From NCBI GenBank assembly GCA_038062735.1, contig JBBTWN010000009.1, positions 1 through 61,480 on the forward strand: a stretch of 61,480 bases of DNA. The letters run 5' to 3'. A program made the position numbers and the translations under genes. This document shows, in pieces, positions 38,704-47,479 of the stretch (its first letter is position 1; each line of letters opens with the position of its first letter). The DNA comes from Patescibacteria group bacterium (GTDB taxonomy: Bacteria; Patescibacteriota; Minisyncoccia; Phycocordibacterales; Phycocordibacteraceae). The notes below the pieces were generated by a model. The model searched no databases and was not told the origin of the DNA. It was given only the letters and a program-made list of their open reading frames with translations.

Positions 38704-39957
38704 ATGGGTCCTGAGGCGCCAATAACATACATACAGGATGATCCGCCCGAGCGCGCGACTCCAATGAGCGAAAAGACGCGTGCGCGCGCCGAGAAGCGTT
38801 TTCATCAAGTACGCGGCGGTGCGGTTTTGTACAATCGCGATACAAAAAAGCTTGTTCTCGTTAAAACACCCGAAACCGGTTGGTGGTTTTTTGAAGCCGA
38901 TGCAAAAGCATTTGAAGACTCTGACCGAAGCATAGTCCAAGAAGAAAATATCCGACGTGACCCGTACCGTTCTGTCCGACGTGATCCATACGTCTATCAC
39001 CGCGTTGCCGCACGCGCAGCCTCAAAATCAGGCATCGCATACTTTCGAAACGTTGCTGATTTGAAGTATGTTTCAGGAAACCGATACATCCGCGCAGAAG
39101 GCAGTGATAAAAAACCCATTGCTTCGTTTGTACATCTTTTTGCATATGGTGTCTCACGTCGCGAAGCGCGCGCGCTCAAAAGTCATCTGGCGAAGGAACA
39201 AAAAGCAGATGGACTAAAGGGAGTCGAAATAAAAGAATTTTCTCGCCGTGAACTCGTGCGTGACGGCATGCATCAGTCGCTCATAGACGCGTACGATGAT
39301 ATTTTTGGTTCACCACATGCTCTTCGTTCACCAAAAACGTATGACCATTTTCCAGATGTACAACTGAAGGCAGAACGCCTGACTGATACGGAGATGGGGG
39401 CAGCGCTCGGTGAAACGCAGGTACTTTTCTCTGATGTAGTGCCGATGAACATCGCACGTCGCACATTCTATCTTGTAAAGCGCAAAGCACGACCAACGAG
39501 CGGCTGGTGGTGGTTTGGCGGCACGCTCGATCCGTACAAACATCGCGAACGTGAGGGTTCTATGGAAAAGTCTGTCGCAGATGTTTTTAAACGCGAAACA
39601 AAACTCATTCTTGATTCTCGGCGACTTAAACTTTTAAACTCAATGCATTATATTTTCCCTGACCGTGCGCAAGAGCCACAGGACGCTGGGAGCGATACGA
39701 CTGGCTATGTGTTTGGTGCAGAACTTACTCCTGAAGAGATTGAACAGATGAAGGGCGGTCTTGATGAAGCAGAGTACGAGGGTGGCGTCACAGAAATGAC
39801 CTATGAGGATATGGTAAAAAACGGCGTACCGTTGGTTATTCGCGATACGTGGATGAAAACATTTGGCCCCGGGGGTATCTACGGGCCCCAAAAATCAAAT
39901 AGTTTTTTCTCCAATTTTGCACTGTTCCGTGGTCGATTGTTTACGACAACGTCGTAA
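38704..39957 (+). CDS. hypothetical protein with two Nudix-fold-like segments
   Basis: GGAVLYNRDTKKLVLVKTPETGWWFF and YLVKRKARPTSGWWWFGGTLDPYKHREREGSMEKSVADVFKRETKL (degenerate Nudix box). TATAAT lies 8 nt upstream of the ATG. Confidence 0.5.
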   Translation: MGPEAPITYIQDDPPERATPMSEKTRARAEKRFHQVRGGAVLYNRDTKKLVLVKTPETGWWFFEADAKAFEDSDRSIVQEENIRRDPYRSVRRDPYVYHRVAARAASKSGIAYFRNVADLKYVSGNRYIRAEGSDKKPIASFVHLFAYGVSRREARALKSHLAKEQKADGLKGVEIKEFSRRELVRDGMHQSLIDAYDDIFGSPHALRSPKTYDHFPDVQLKAERLTDTEMGAALGETQVLFSDVVPMNIARRTFYLVKRKARPTSGWWWFGGTLDPYKHREREGSMEKSVADVFKRETKLILDSRRLKLLNSMHYIFPDRAQEPQDAGSDTTGYVFGAELTPEEIEQMKGGLDEAEYEGGVTEMTYEDMVKNGVPLVIRDTWMKTFGPGGIYGPQKSNSFFSNFALFRGRLFTTTS

Positions 39958-40780
39958 GTATCTCTTTGATATCACGCCGCATCTCACCCGCCTCTATTGT
40001 TTCGTCGAGTTCGGTCTCAGTAACGGCCCCGCTGGTAAGCGCATCTCGAAGGAGTTTAAGAAATGCGTTTTCAACGATACGTTCAGGGTGTTTCTGATAG
40101 GTGCGAGGATGCTCAACCCAAAATCGCGGAATGATACCAAATAGTTTTGGTGGTGTGCCAAATGTAAAGTCGATGGGGAGGCCCGTCCTCCACGGCTGCG
40201 TCAGGCGTACGGTGGTATGGAGCATTCTTGTTGCATCATCCACGTGATCGAGTGAGTTCCAGATACGGGAAATTTCAAATACTGGCTCGTTGTGGAGACG
40301 CATCCATGCGCGGTAATCCTCGGTTCCATTTTTGAGACCCTCGAGTATTCGTGTAATCTTCCAGTGCGATAGTTGTGCATTGTCGAGAAGCATGACCGAT
40401 GAGTCAAACCAGGTGCGCTCGCGACACGCAGCGAGGTGGTATACGCCCAGATTGAGGTCAAACAGTGACGTTACGTTCTGGAGTGCAAAGATGTCCGGAT
40501 CAATAACCAGCGCTCGTCCGCTGAAGCCCATAAGTTCAGGTGGCATAAAACGCGAGAGTGTAAAAAATTGTAAATCCTCCGGATCGTGACTACGTTTTTC
40601 TGCTCCACGTGTATACTCGATGCCTGCAAACGCCATGTACTCTGGCATGTGCTCAACCTGCATGAGCGTGACCGGTATGCCCGCTGCGAGTGCGCCGCCG
40701 TTCGTTTCGATTGCATACTTTGCAATCTTCGCACCAAAGAGTTGCTTCTTATCTGCTTGAATGAATATGCCCGCGGTCAT
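39941..40780 (-). CDS. putative GT-A (GT8-like) glycosyltransferase, DxD motif
   Basis: GRALVIDPDIFALQNVTSLFDLNL. Start moved to ATG 40780, giving an ATGA overlap with the upstream asnB-like gene. Confidence 0.55.
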   Translation of the reverse strand: MTAGIFIQADKKQLFGAKIAKYAIETNGGALAAGIPVTLMQVEHMPEYMAFAGIEYTRGAEKRSHDPEDLQFFTLSRFMPPELMGFSGRALVIDPDIFALQNVTSLFDLNLGVYHLAACRERTWFDSSVMLLDNAQLSHWKITRILEGLKNGTEDYRAWMRLHNEPVFEISRIWNSLDHVDDATRMLHTTVRLTQPWRTGLPIDFTFGTPPKLFGIIPRFWVEHPRTYQKHPERIVENAFLKLLRDALTSGAVTETELDETIEAGEMRRDIKEILTTLS

Positions 40781-42525
40781 GTCAGTGAAAACTTTTTTGC
40801 TAATGCAGCGAGCGACAGATACACATGGATTTCTTTTGATGGCCATCGATCGGTTTTTTCTACAACACTTCGAACGTTATTCCAGTCGAGTATGTTTGGT
40901 GCATCACTTAAGATATCAAGAAAAGTGCGCTTCATGCTCGCGTCATACCACAGTGAAACGGGTGAGCGCCATCCCGTTTTCGCTTCTCGGTCGGTGATAT
41001 ACGACGGGAGGGCGCCCCGATAGAGTGCGCGGAGCGCCACTTTGTTAAACGACCCTTTGAAATAATCGGTCGCAGAGAGTCGCGCATCAAAATAGCGACG
41101 AAGTGGCGGATAGGCAAGCGGCGAGCGAAGTTCAACTGATTGGGTCATAAAAATCTTGTCTGATCGAATGAAGTTCTCTCCCGCGAGCCAAAGCGCTCTA
41201 TCTGACACCATGCCTTGGTATACCGCATCCGTGCGTGGGGATGCGTTTTTAGCGGCCCATCGTTCTCGCTCAGCACGTAGGTACGGCAAAACACGTGTAT
41301 CAGGTGGCGTACCTCGAAATCGTTTATGGTAGAGCCACCGCGCGGCAGGATCAGAAAAGTCGGTATACCGCCCACTGCGAAGCGCCAGCGCAGCATTGTA
41401 GAGAAATCCAAAGCGCTGCGCTTTTTCTGCATGCCTCTGGTGACTTTTGTACTGATCGTAGCCGCCAAAAATCTCATCTCCACCGTCCCCCGAGAGCACC
41501 ACGCGCCAACCGTCGCCATTGGCTCCCTCGCGTTCTGCAAGTGCAAGGTACGTGGGTATTGAGACGTTATAATTTGGCTCCTCAACAGCTGCGAGTGAAC
41601 ACTCCAGTCGATTCATGTACTCCCGTTTTGTAATGAGGATCTCTCGATGGTCGGTGCCAAGATCACGCGCTAATTTTTGTGCGAGGTCAGCGTCGTCGTT
41701 AAATCGCGGTGAATCAATATCAAACCGTGTAGTATAGGTGATGACTTTAAATCCGAGCTCCTTCATTTCGTATGCCAACAACGATGAGTCCATGCCGCCA
41801 GACAAGTTAATGACTACTTGTTCACGACCCAAGAGGTGCTCTCGAATGCAGGTGCGCATAACTTCTCGCGGCTCTCCTTCGTATTCAGTTTCACCCGCGG
41901 CAAATGATTCTGTATGCATTTCATTTTGAGTGATGTGTACGCATGCGCCAGGCGGGACTTTCATAATTCCTGATATCAACGTACGACCCCCTGGTATGAA
42001 GCCAATGGTTTCTGCGACTGCAAGACCAAGCGTGTCAACACGCTTGTCGGAAGCATCGATAAGTGCTTTTATTTCTGATGCAAATCGCACCGTGCCGTCC
42101 ACCCGCATATAGTAGAGCGGTTTTTGTCCAGACGCGTCTCGGTAGAGACGAAGTTCGTGACTTTCAGTGTTGTAGAGCGCGATTGCAAACATTCCTTCTA
42201 TATGCGACACAAACTCCCAACCACGCCTTATGATGAGTTCAAACAGCATGGTCGTATCAAGGTCGGCATACGGGATACTCTCGTGCAGAGCCAATGTGGC
42301 AGTATTATAGAGTTGACCGTTAAATGACAGCATCCATGGTGACCCCGCACGAGTCACGGGCTGTCCAGATACCTGTGGAGTATCACGTATAGAGAGAAGT
42401 CGATGACCAAGGGTCGCCCCCGACACAGCTGTTTCGTTTTCACCATCGGGTCCACGATGGGCGAGTAGTGCTCCCATGCGCCCCGTGTGAACGTCAGGCC
42501 CGACTACGCCATAAATGCCGCACAT
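40777..42525 (-). CDS. asparagine synthase-type glutamine amidotransferase (AsnB/WbpS-like)
   Basis: MCGIYGV N-terminal nucleophile and PP-loop SGGMDSS. 582 aa. Confidence 0.88.
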   Translation of the reverse strand: MCGIYGVVGPDVHTGRMGALLAHRGPDGENETAVSGATLGHRLLSIRDTPQVSGQPVTRAGSPWMLSFNGQLYNTATLALHESIPYADLDTTMLFELIIRRGWEFVSHIEGMFAIALYNTESHELRLYRDASGQKPLYYMRVDGTVRFASEIKALIDASDKRVDTLGLAVAETIGFIPGGRTLISGIMKVPPGACVHITQNEMHTESFAAGETEYEGEPREVMRTCIREHLLGREQVVINLSGGMDSSLLAYEMKELGFKVITYTTRFDIDSPRFNDDADLAQKLARDLGTDHREILITKREYMNRLECSLAAVEEPNYNVSIPTYLALAEREGANGDGWRVVLSGDGGDEIFGGYDQYKSHQRHAEKAQRFGFLYNAALALRSGRYTDFSDPAARWLYHKRFRGTPPDTRVLPYLRAERERWAAKNASPRTDAVYQGMVSDRALWLAGENFIRSDKIFMTQSVELRSPLAYPPLRRYFDARLSATDYFKGSFNKVALRALYRGALPSYITDREAKTGWRSPVSLWYDASMKRTFLDILSDAPNILDWNNVRSVVEKTDRWPSKEIHVYLSLAALAKKFSLT

Positions 42526-42559
42526 ACCCTCACTATACCGTCTGTAGTAGTATTGGGGT

Positions 42560-44002
42560 ATGAAGGAGATAGATTGGCCCTACGCCCACGATCTCTATCA
42601 GCGGATTACGACAAAAGCGAGAGTCAACGGGACTCCGATAAGCGATATTCGGCTTGTTGAGGGATATGCGCTCTGGCCGCGTGTCGCGCAAATGGCTTTA
42701 TCGGTTGATTTTAAATTTTTTAGCGCGACAAAAATTTTTGATGACGTACGTGTACCGTATGATGAACTCAGTGGAGCACCGTACACGTTTTCTGGTTTTT
42801 TTGTAGGCGCGTTTGCATTTTTGGTCACCTGCATCGCGTCTGTGGTGCTTGTGGTGAGTCGCCGAGAGGTGGTCGTGTATGGCGTCGATAAGATGGGGGG
42901 TATTGCGCACGCAGATTTTCGTATGCAAGGCGTGTATGAAGTGCTCATCTCGCGCGCACAATCATACGTTGAAGTTTTTCATACCATTCTCGGAGTATCC
43001 TTTTTTAAACACCTCTTTGCTCGCGGTCGGGTTGCGATCTATCTTGAAGGTATTGATTGGTTGTATCTCACGTTGAGATTTATTCGCCGGCTGGTGGTAC
43101 CACGCGAAAAGTTTTCTGTCACCGGACTCGAATCGTTCTCCATAGAGGAACAGAAGATCACAACCGCTGTAGTTCAAAAATACGTCGGTGCGGCAGCCCT
43201 GTTTCGGTTTCGTCTTTCCTTTTTACGATTTGTGCTTCGTGAGTCTCGCGTAAAGCTCATACTCTCTATTGATGACACGCGCCACTATCAAGAATTAATG
43301 ATCGCTGCGCGCGAATGTGCAATACCGACATATGCATTTCAGCACGGACAAATCTCGCCATACTTTGTGGGGTGGTTAGGACAGAACGAATTACACGCGG
43401 CTCACGCGGATACGCTTGTTGTTTGGAATCAGTATTGGAAGGACGAGTTGGTACGTTTGCAGGCAGCGTGGCAGGGAGATGCATTACTGATTGGCGGCAG
43501 TGCAAAAGAAATGAGCGCCCTCACACTGATGCGTGGAAACACGAACACGGTGCTTATTCCATATGAGATAGATGCACCACTTGGAATCGTGCGCGAATGC
43601 ATCGCGAATTTAACGCGCGGAGGTATAACCGTGTTGGTTAAGCTGCGTAACGATATCCCCGCGCACACGCAGTGCACCGCCTATAACATTACGGAGGCGC
43701 AAACAATTCGCTCTGTCTCTGAGTGCCCGCCGGTCATCGCGGTTATCGGTTCGTATTCAACTTTTTTATACGACGCGATGATGGTAGGGGTCCCTGTCGG
43801 TATCATCATGAGCCCGCTTTTATTTGCCGATGGTATTGTAAGAAACAGGCTGGCAATACAAATAGACCCGTATGAACCAATGCGTGGGGTACGCCTGCTG
43901 TCCGCCATGACAGAGGACGCCGTTTTAGAGATCAAGAAGCGTGTTCACGCTGAGCCCGCGTCAGAAACGGTCAATGCTATTCTGGATAAGTACCTTACAT
44001 GA
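42560..44002 (+). CDS. hypothetical membrane-anchored polysaccharide-biosynthesis protein (possible GT-B/TagF/KpsS-like C-terminal half)
   Basis: One TM (FFVGAFAFLVTCIASVVLVV). The C-terminal region LILSIDDTRHYQELMIAARECAIPTYAFQHGQ is only vaguely capsule/teichoic-transferase-like. Confidence 0.45.
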   Translation: MKEIDWPYAHDLYQRITTKARVNGTPISDIRLVEGYALWPRVAQMALSVDFKFFSATKIFDDVRVPYDELSGAPYTFSGFFVGAFAFLVTCIASVVLVVSRREVVVYGVDKMGGIAHADFRMQGVYEVLISRAQSYVEVFHTILGVSFFKHLFARGRVAIYLEGIDWLYLTLRFIRRLVVPREKFSVTGLESFSIEEQKITTAVVQKYVGAAALFRFRLSFLRFVLRESRVKLILSIDDTRHYQELMIAARECAIPTYAFQHGQISPYFVGWLGQNELHAAHADTLVVWNQYWKDELVRLQAAWQGDALLIGGSAKEMSALTLMRGNTNTVLIPYEIDAPLGIVRECIANLTRGGITVLVKLRNDIPAHTQCTAYNITEAQTIRSVSECPPVIAVIGSYSTFLYDAMMVGVPVGIIMSPLLFADGIVRNRLAIQIDPYEPMRGVRLLSAMTEDAVLEIKKRVHAEPASETVNAILDKYLT

Positions 44003-44715
44003 AAAAAACACTTTATTATGCACGTTCGTGGCTCTCACGCATCGTGACGTATCCACAAAAAACAATCTCGCTCGATGAGACGTATAGCGAGTATTGGGTT
44101 GAGCGTGGTCGAGGCACCACCGCAGCACTCTCGGATTGGCAGAAGGATAGATCAAGCATTATCGCAGCTCGCGCCACGCATGGTGCCGTCATCGCTGATT
44201 TTGGTTGTGGTGACGGTGCGATGCTGAAACACATTGGCGAATTAACCGATGCAAAACAGCTCATTGGCTATGACATTGAGCCGCAGACCCTATCTATTGC
44301 GCATGGTTTGGGTATCGAAACACATGAACTCTCTGCCGAGCAAGCTGTACATTCGTATGAAAATCTTGCTGAGGCCGACTACTATCTTGCCTGTGAGGTT
44401 TTGGAACACGTACCATTTTCTGAAAAACTGCTTGCTGCGCTCGTTGCGCGATCTCGAAAAGGTGTCTTTTTTTCTGTCCCCAATACCGGTTTTTTAGTGC
44501 ACCGATTTCGTCTGTTTTTTGGAAAGGTGCCCGCACAATGGATGTATATGCCGAACGAGCATGTTCGCTTTTGGACCGTCGTAGACATGCGTTGGTGGCT
44601 GAGAACTCTCGGCTACCAACAGGTTGAGATCATTCCATACCGAGGCATACCCGTTCTGAATCGTTTGTGGCCGAATCTATGTGCTGAGGGGGTGGTAGTC
44701 TTTATACGACAATGA
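43999..44715 (+). CDS. class I SAM-dependent methyltransferase (MetW-like)
   Basis: VIADFGCGDGAML...CEVLEHVPFSEKLL. Confidence 0.75.
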   Translation: MKKTLYYARSWLSRIVTYPQKTISLDETYSEYWVERGRGTTAALSDWQKDRSSIIAARATHGAVIADFGCGDGAMLKHIGELTDAKQLIGYDIEPQTLSIAHGLGIETHELSAEQAVHSYENLAEADYYLACEVLEHVPFSEKLLAALVARSRKGVFFSVPNTGFLVHRFRLFFGKVPAQWMYMPNEHVRFWTVVDMRWWLRTLGYQQVEIIPYRGIPVLNRLWPNLCAEGVVVFIRQ

Positions 44716-45485
44716 ATCAGGTGTACTGGAAATGGCTTCTCGGAGTGTTCAAGCTGAAGCGTCTCGTCAAGCGCTGGTATGGCACACGTAAACTCGATTA
44801 CATGAAGGACGAGCTTCATATCGTAACCTCGACGGTACGCGAGTACGTCACGCGCGCAAACTCATGCAGTAAAGAACCTGAGACAGTGGCATGGATAGAG
44901 TCAACAGCCGCAGACGGTGCGGTCTTCTATGATATAGGTGCTAACGTCGGCGCATATTCACTCGTTGCCGCAGTAAATGGGTACACCGTGTTAGCGTTTG
45001 AACCGGCGTATATGAACATGAGTTCGCTTGAGGATAATGTCACACTCAACGATCTCAACAAGAGCATCGCCTGTTACCAGCTCGGCTTTTCAGATCGCAC
45101 GCATCTCGAAACTTTTTCATTTCTTGATAGCACACCGGGCACGTCACAGATTTTTCAGTCTTCCATGACCGATTATCATCGCTCTGGTGACGTTGAAGTT
45201 AAGAAGGCAGCGTTGATTTTTTCTCTTGATGATTTTATGGCACTCTTTAAACCTGCATTTCCGACACATATCAAAATTGATATCGACGGCGGCGAGTTAG
45301 CGCTCCTTGCGGGCGCAGTGAAAACACTTGCTGTCAGTCGAGTTCAGCACGTACTTCTTGAAGTAGAAGAAAAAGATGGTGCGGTCGAGACGGCTGATGC
45401 GGCCCTCACCAAAGCTGGATTTTCGCTTTCGGCAAGTCACCGGCGTGATAAGCACACAGTAAATAGAATATACACACGCGCATGA
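44712..45485 (+). CDS. FkbM family methyltransferase
   Basis: VFYDIGANVGAYSL and IKIDIDGGELALLAGA. Confidence 0.8.
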   Translation: MNQVYWKWLLGVFKLKRLVKRWYGTRKLDYMKDELHIVTSTVREYVTRANSCSKEPETVAWIESTAADGAVFYDIGANVGAYSLVAAVNGYTVLAFEPAYMNMSSLEDNVTLNDLNKSIACYQLGFSDRTHLETFSFLDSTPGTSQIFQSSMTDYHRSGDVEVKKAALIFSLDDFMALFKPAFPTHIKIDIDGGELALLAGAVKTLAVSRVQHVLLEVEEKDGAVETADAALTKAGFSLSASHRRDKHTVNRIYTRA

Positions 45486-46213
45486 AATACCTTGACCTGG
45501 CAGTCCTGAATAATGTTGATGCGGCAGCGTTTCAAAGTGTACACCCATTCCCATATATGATCGTGCGCTCCGTGCTCACTGATGAGGGCTATCACACTCT
45601 GCTACACACAGCTCCAACGGTTGATCAGCTTGAACCAAGTTTTGGAATGGAGAGAAAATTTGGTCAAATGAGTCATGATCGGTACGAACGATATGACAGC
45701 GCATCATTTCGGTCTCATCTGACCCCCGAATGGCGTACGTTTTTGTCTGAACTTGAGTCGCCAGAGTACCGTTCGTTTCTTTCTCGTATGTTCGGTACAC
45801 GCGACTTCACGCTGCGTTTTCAGTGGCAGTATGCTGTTCAGGGCGGCTCTGTATCGCCACACTGCGACTCGATCAAGAAAGTTGGTTCGCACCTTTTTTA
45901 TTTTAATGATCCCAAGACATGGGATCCGGCGTGGGGAGGTCAGACACAAATATTATTAGACCCATCTGGCCGTCAGGTCTGTGAATCTGCGCCACGCGAC
46001 GACGAGTTCGAGATAGTGGCAAAAACTGACGGATACGATAACCAGTCGCTTCTATTTTCAAGAACTCACAATTCATGGCACTCGGTGTCGCCGCTTGTCA
46101 TGCCACCAGGCACCGTGCGTCGTTTGTTTACGGTCGTTGCAGATAAACCCGTTTCGTTCGCTGATCGGATTACGGGCTATATACGGGTCGCGCTCAAAAA
46201 AATTACCGCCTGA
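45482..46213 (+). CDS. 2OG-Fe(II) oxygenase superfamily protein
   Basis: HxD (SPHCDS) and a distal His (NSWHSVSP). Confidence 0.6.
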   Translation: MKYLDLAVLNNVDAAAFQSVHPFPYMIVRSVLTDEGYHTLLHTAPTVDQLEPSFGMERKFGQMSHDRYERYDSASFRSHLTPEWRTFLSELESPEYRSFLSRMFGTRDFTLRFQWQYAVQGGSVSPHCDSIKKVGSHLFYFNDPKTWDPAWGGQTQILLDPSGRQVCESAPRDDEFEIVAKTDGYDNQSLLFSRTHNSWHSVSPLVMPPGTVRRLFTVVADKPVSFADRITGYIRVALKKITA

Positions 46214-47441
46214 TAATTAAATACATTGATAGTGAGACCAGTAATATGCGTGCAGCAATCCTCGCGGCTATGACGCCCCACAAACCAAAAAATAGTAGAC
46301 CAATGAGTGCAAGCCCAATTTGCGTCACCGCGCTCACAATTCCAAGAATGTACCGCTCGCGAATAGCGAGCTGCGAATCAAAATATGCAGCGGCGAGTAC
46401 CGCAGATAATAGAATGGTAAGCGCATACACCTGCGAATACACTAGTGACTCTATATATGTTGGAAAAAAGAGTGCAAAGAGGTACGGTGCGGCGACAATG
46501 TATGCAATGGTCACGACGGCCATGCCGATCGTCACGGGTATCGTTTTATCGAGGACAGCACGCCGCACCTCGTCGGCCGCTTTAACTGCAAACTTTGGTA
46601 CGGCAAGGGATGTAATGATTTTTAACGAACCGCGGAGGGTGTCTGGCATTGCCGTCGCAAACGCATACACAGCGAGCGCGGTGCCACCCATGTTCTGAAA
46701 GACTAGTATAGCGTCAGTTCGGCTCGCGAGCGCGCCAAGAAAGTTCAGGATGCTTGAGTGAATAGCCAGACGCGTTGCTTCAGGATCGCGTTCACTGTTA
46801 GTATGAAATTTTGATTTTGCATACCACTCGAATATAAGACCAATGCATGCAGTAGTAACCAGTAGTATCGCGATAAACAAAATGACCGAGTTAGAAAAAA
46901 ACAATGCTGCGATGATAAGCAGCGCGGGGATAACTCCTTGCAGTGTCGTTCCGAGCGCCTGCACGCGAAACTGTTTTTTTCCCGTGAGATAGGAACGAAA
47001 GAGCGATGAAACATTCGAAAATGGAGTGCAGAGAGCAATGATAGCGAATGACCACCCCAAGAGTTCGTTGGCGTTTAAGAAGTAATAGACACTTGCGCAT
47101 ATAGCGACGAACGATCCAATTAAAGATGAATAGAAGGTAAGGCGATAGCTATGCTCAAGTTCGCCGTCAAACCCACGTGCTGCCGCCCGGGTAAGTGCGG
47201 TTCCTACTCCAGTCAAGGACAGGGTGCTGATGATAGCGGCCAATGAAATAATGTATTTATAGTTTCCGTACAACTCTTTCTCGAGCAGATTTGCAAATGC
47301 TATGCCGAGCGCGAATGACGCGAGCACGCCGAGCACCTTTGCTAGAACGAGCCAAAAACCTGATCCAAACAAATAGGTCGAATCAGTCTTGATATACCCC
47401 TCAAGACGACGCTGCATTCCTCCGATATCCATCCCCTTCAT
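46203..47441 (-). CDS. polysaccharide flippase (Wzx/MOP family)
   Basis: 412 aa with about 12 TM segments and polysaccharide-biosynthesis-protein-like spacing. Confidence 0.75.
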   Translation of the reverse strand: MKGMDIGGMQRRLEGYIKTDSTYLFGSGFWLVLAKVLGVLASFALGIAFANLLEKELYGNYKYIISLAAIISTLSLTGVGTALTRAAARGFDGELEHSYRLTFYSSLIGSFVAICASVYYFLNANELLGWSFAIIALCTPFSNVSSLFRSYLTGKKQFRVQALGTTLQGVIPALLIIAALFFSNSVILFIAILLVTTACIGLIFEWYAKSKFHTNSERDPEATRLAIHSSILNFLGALASRTDAILVFQNMGGTALAVYAFATAMPDTLRGSLKIITSLAVPKFAVKAADEVRRAVLDKTIPVTIGMAVVTIAYIVAAPYLFALFFPTYIESLVYSQVYALTILLSAVLAAAYFDSQLAIRERYILGIVSAVTQIGLALIGLLFFGLWGVIAARIAARILLVSLSMYLIIRR

Positions 47442-47479
47442 ACTAGCGTGCCCTAGAGGGCAGTGATATAGTTACGTGT

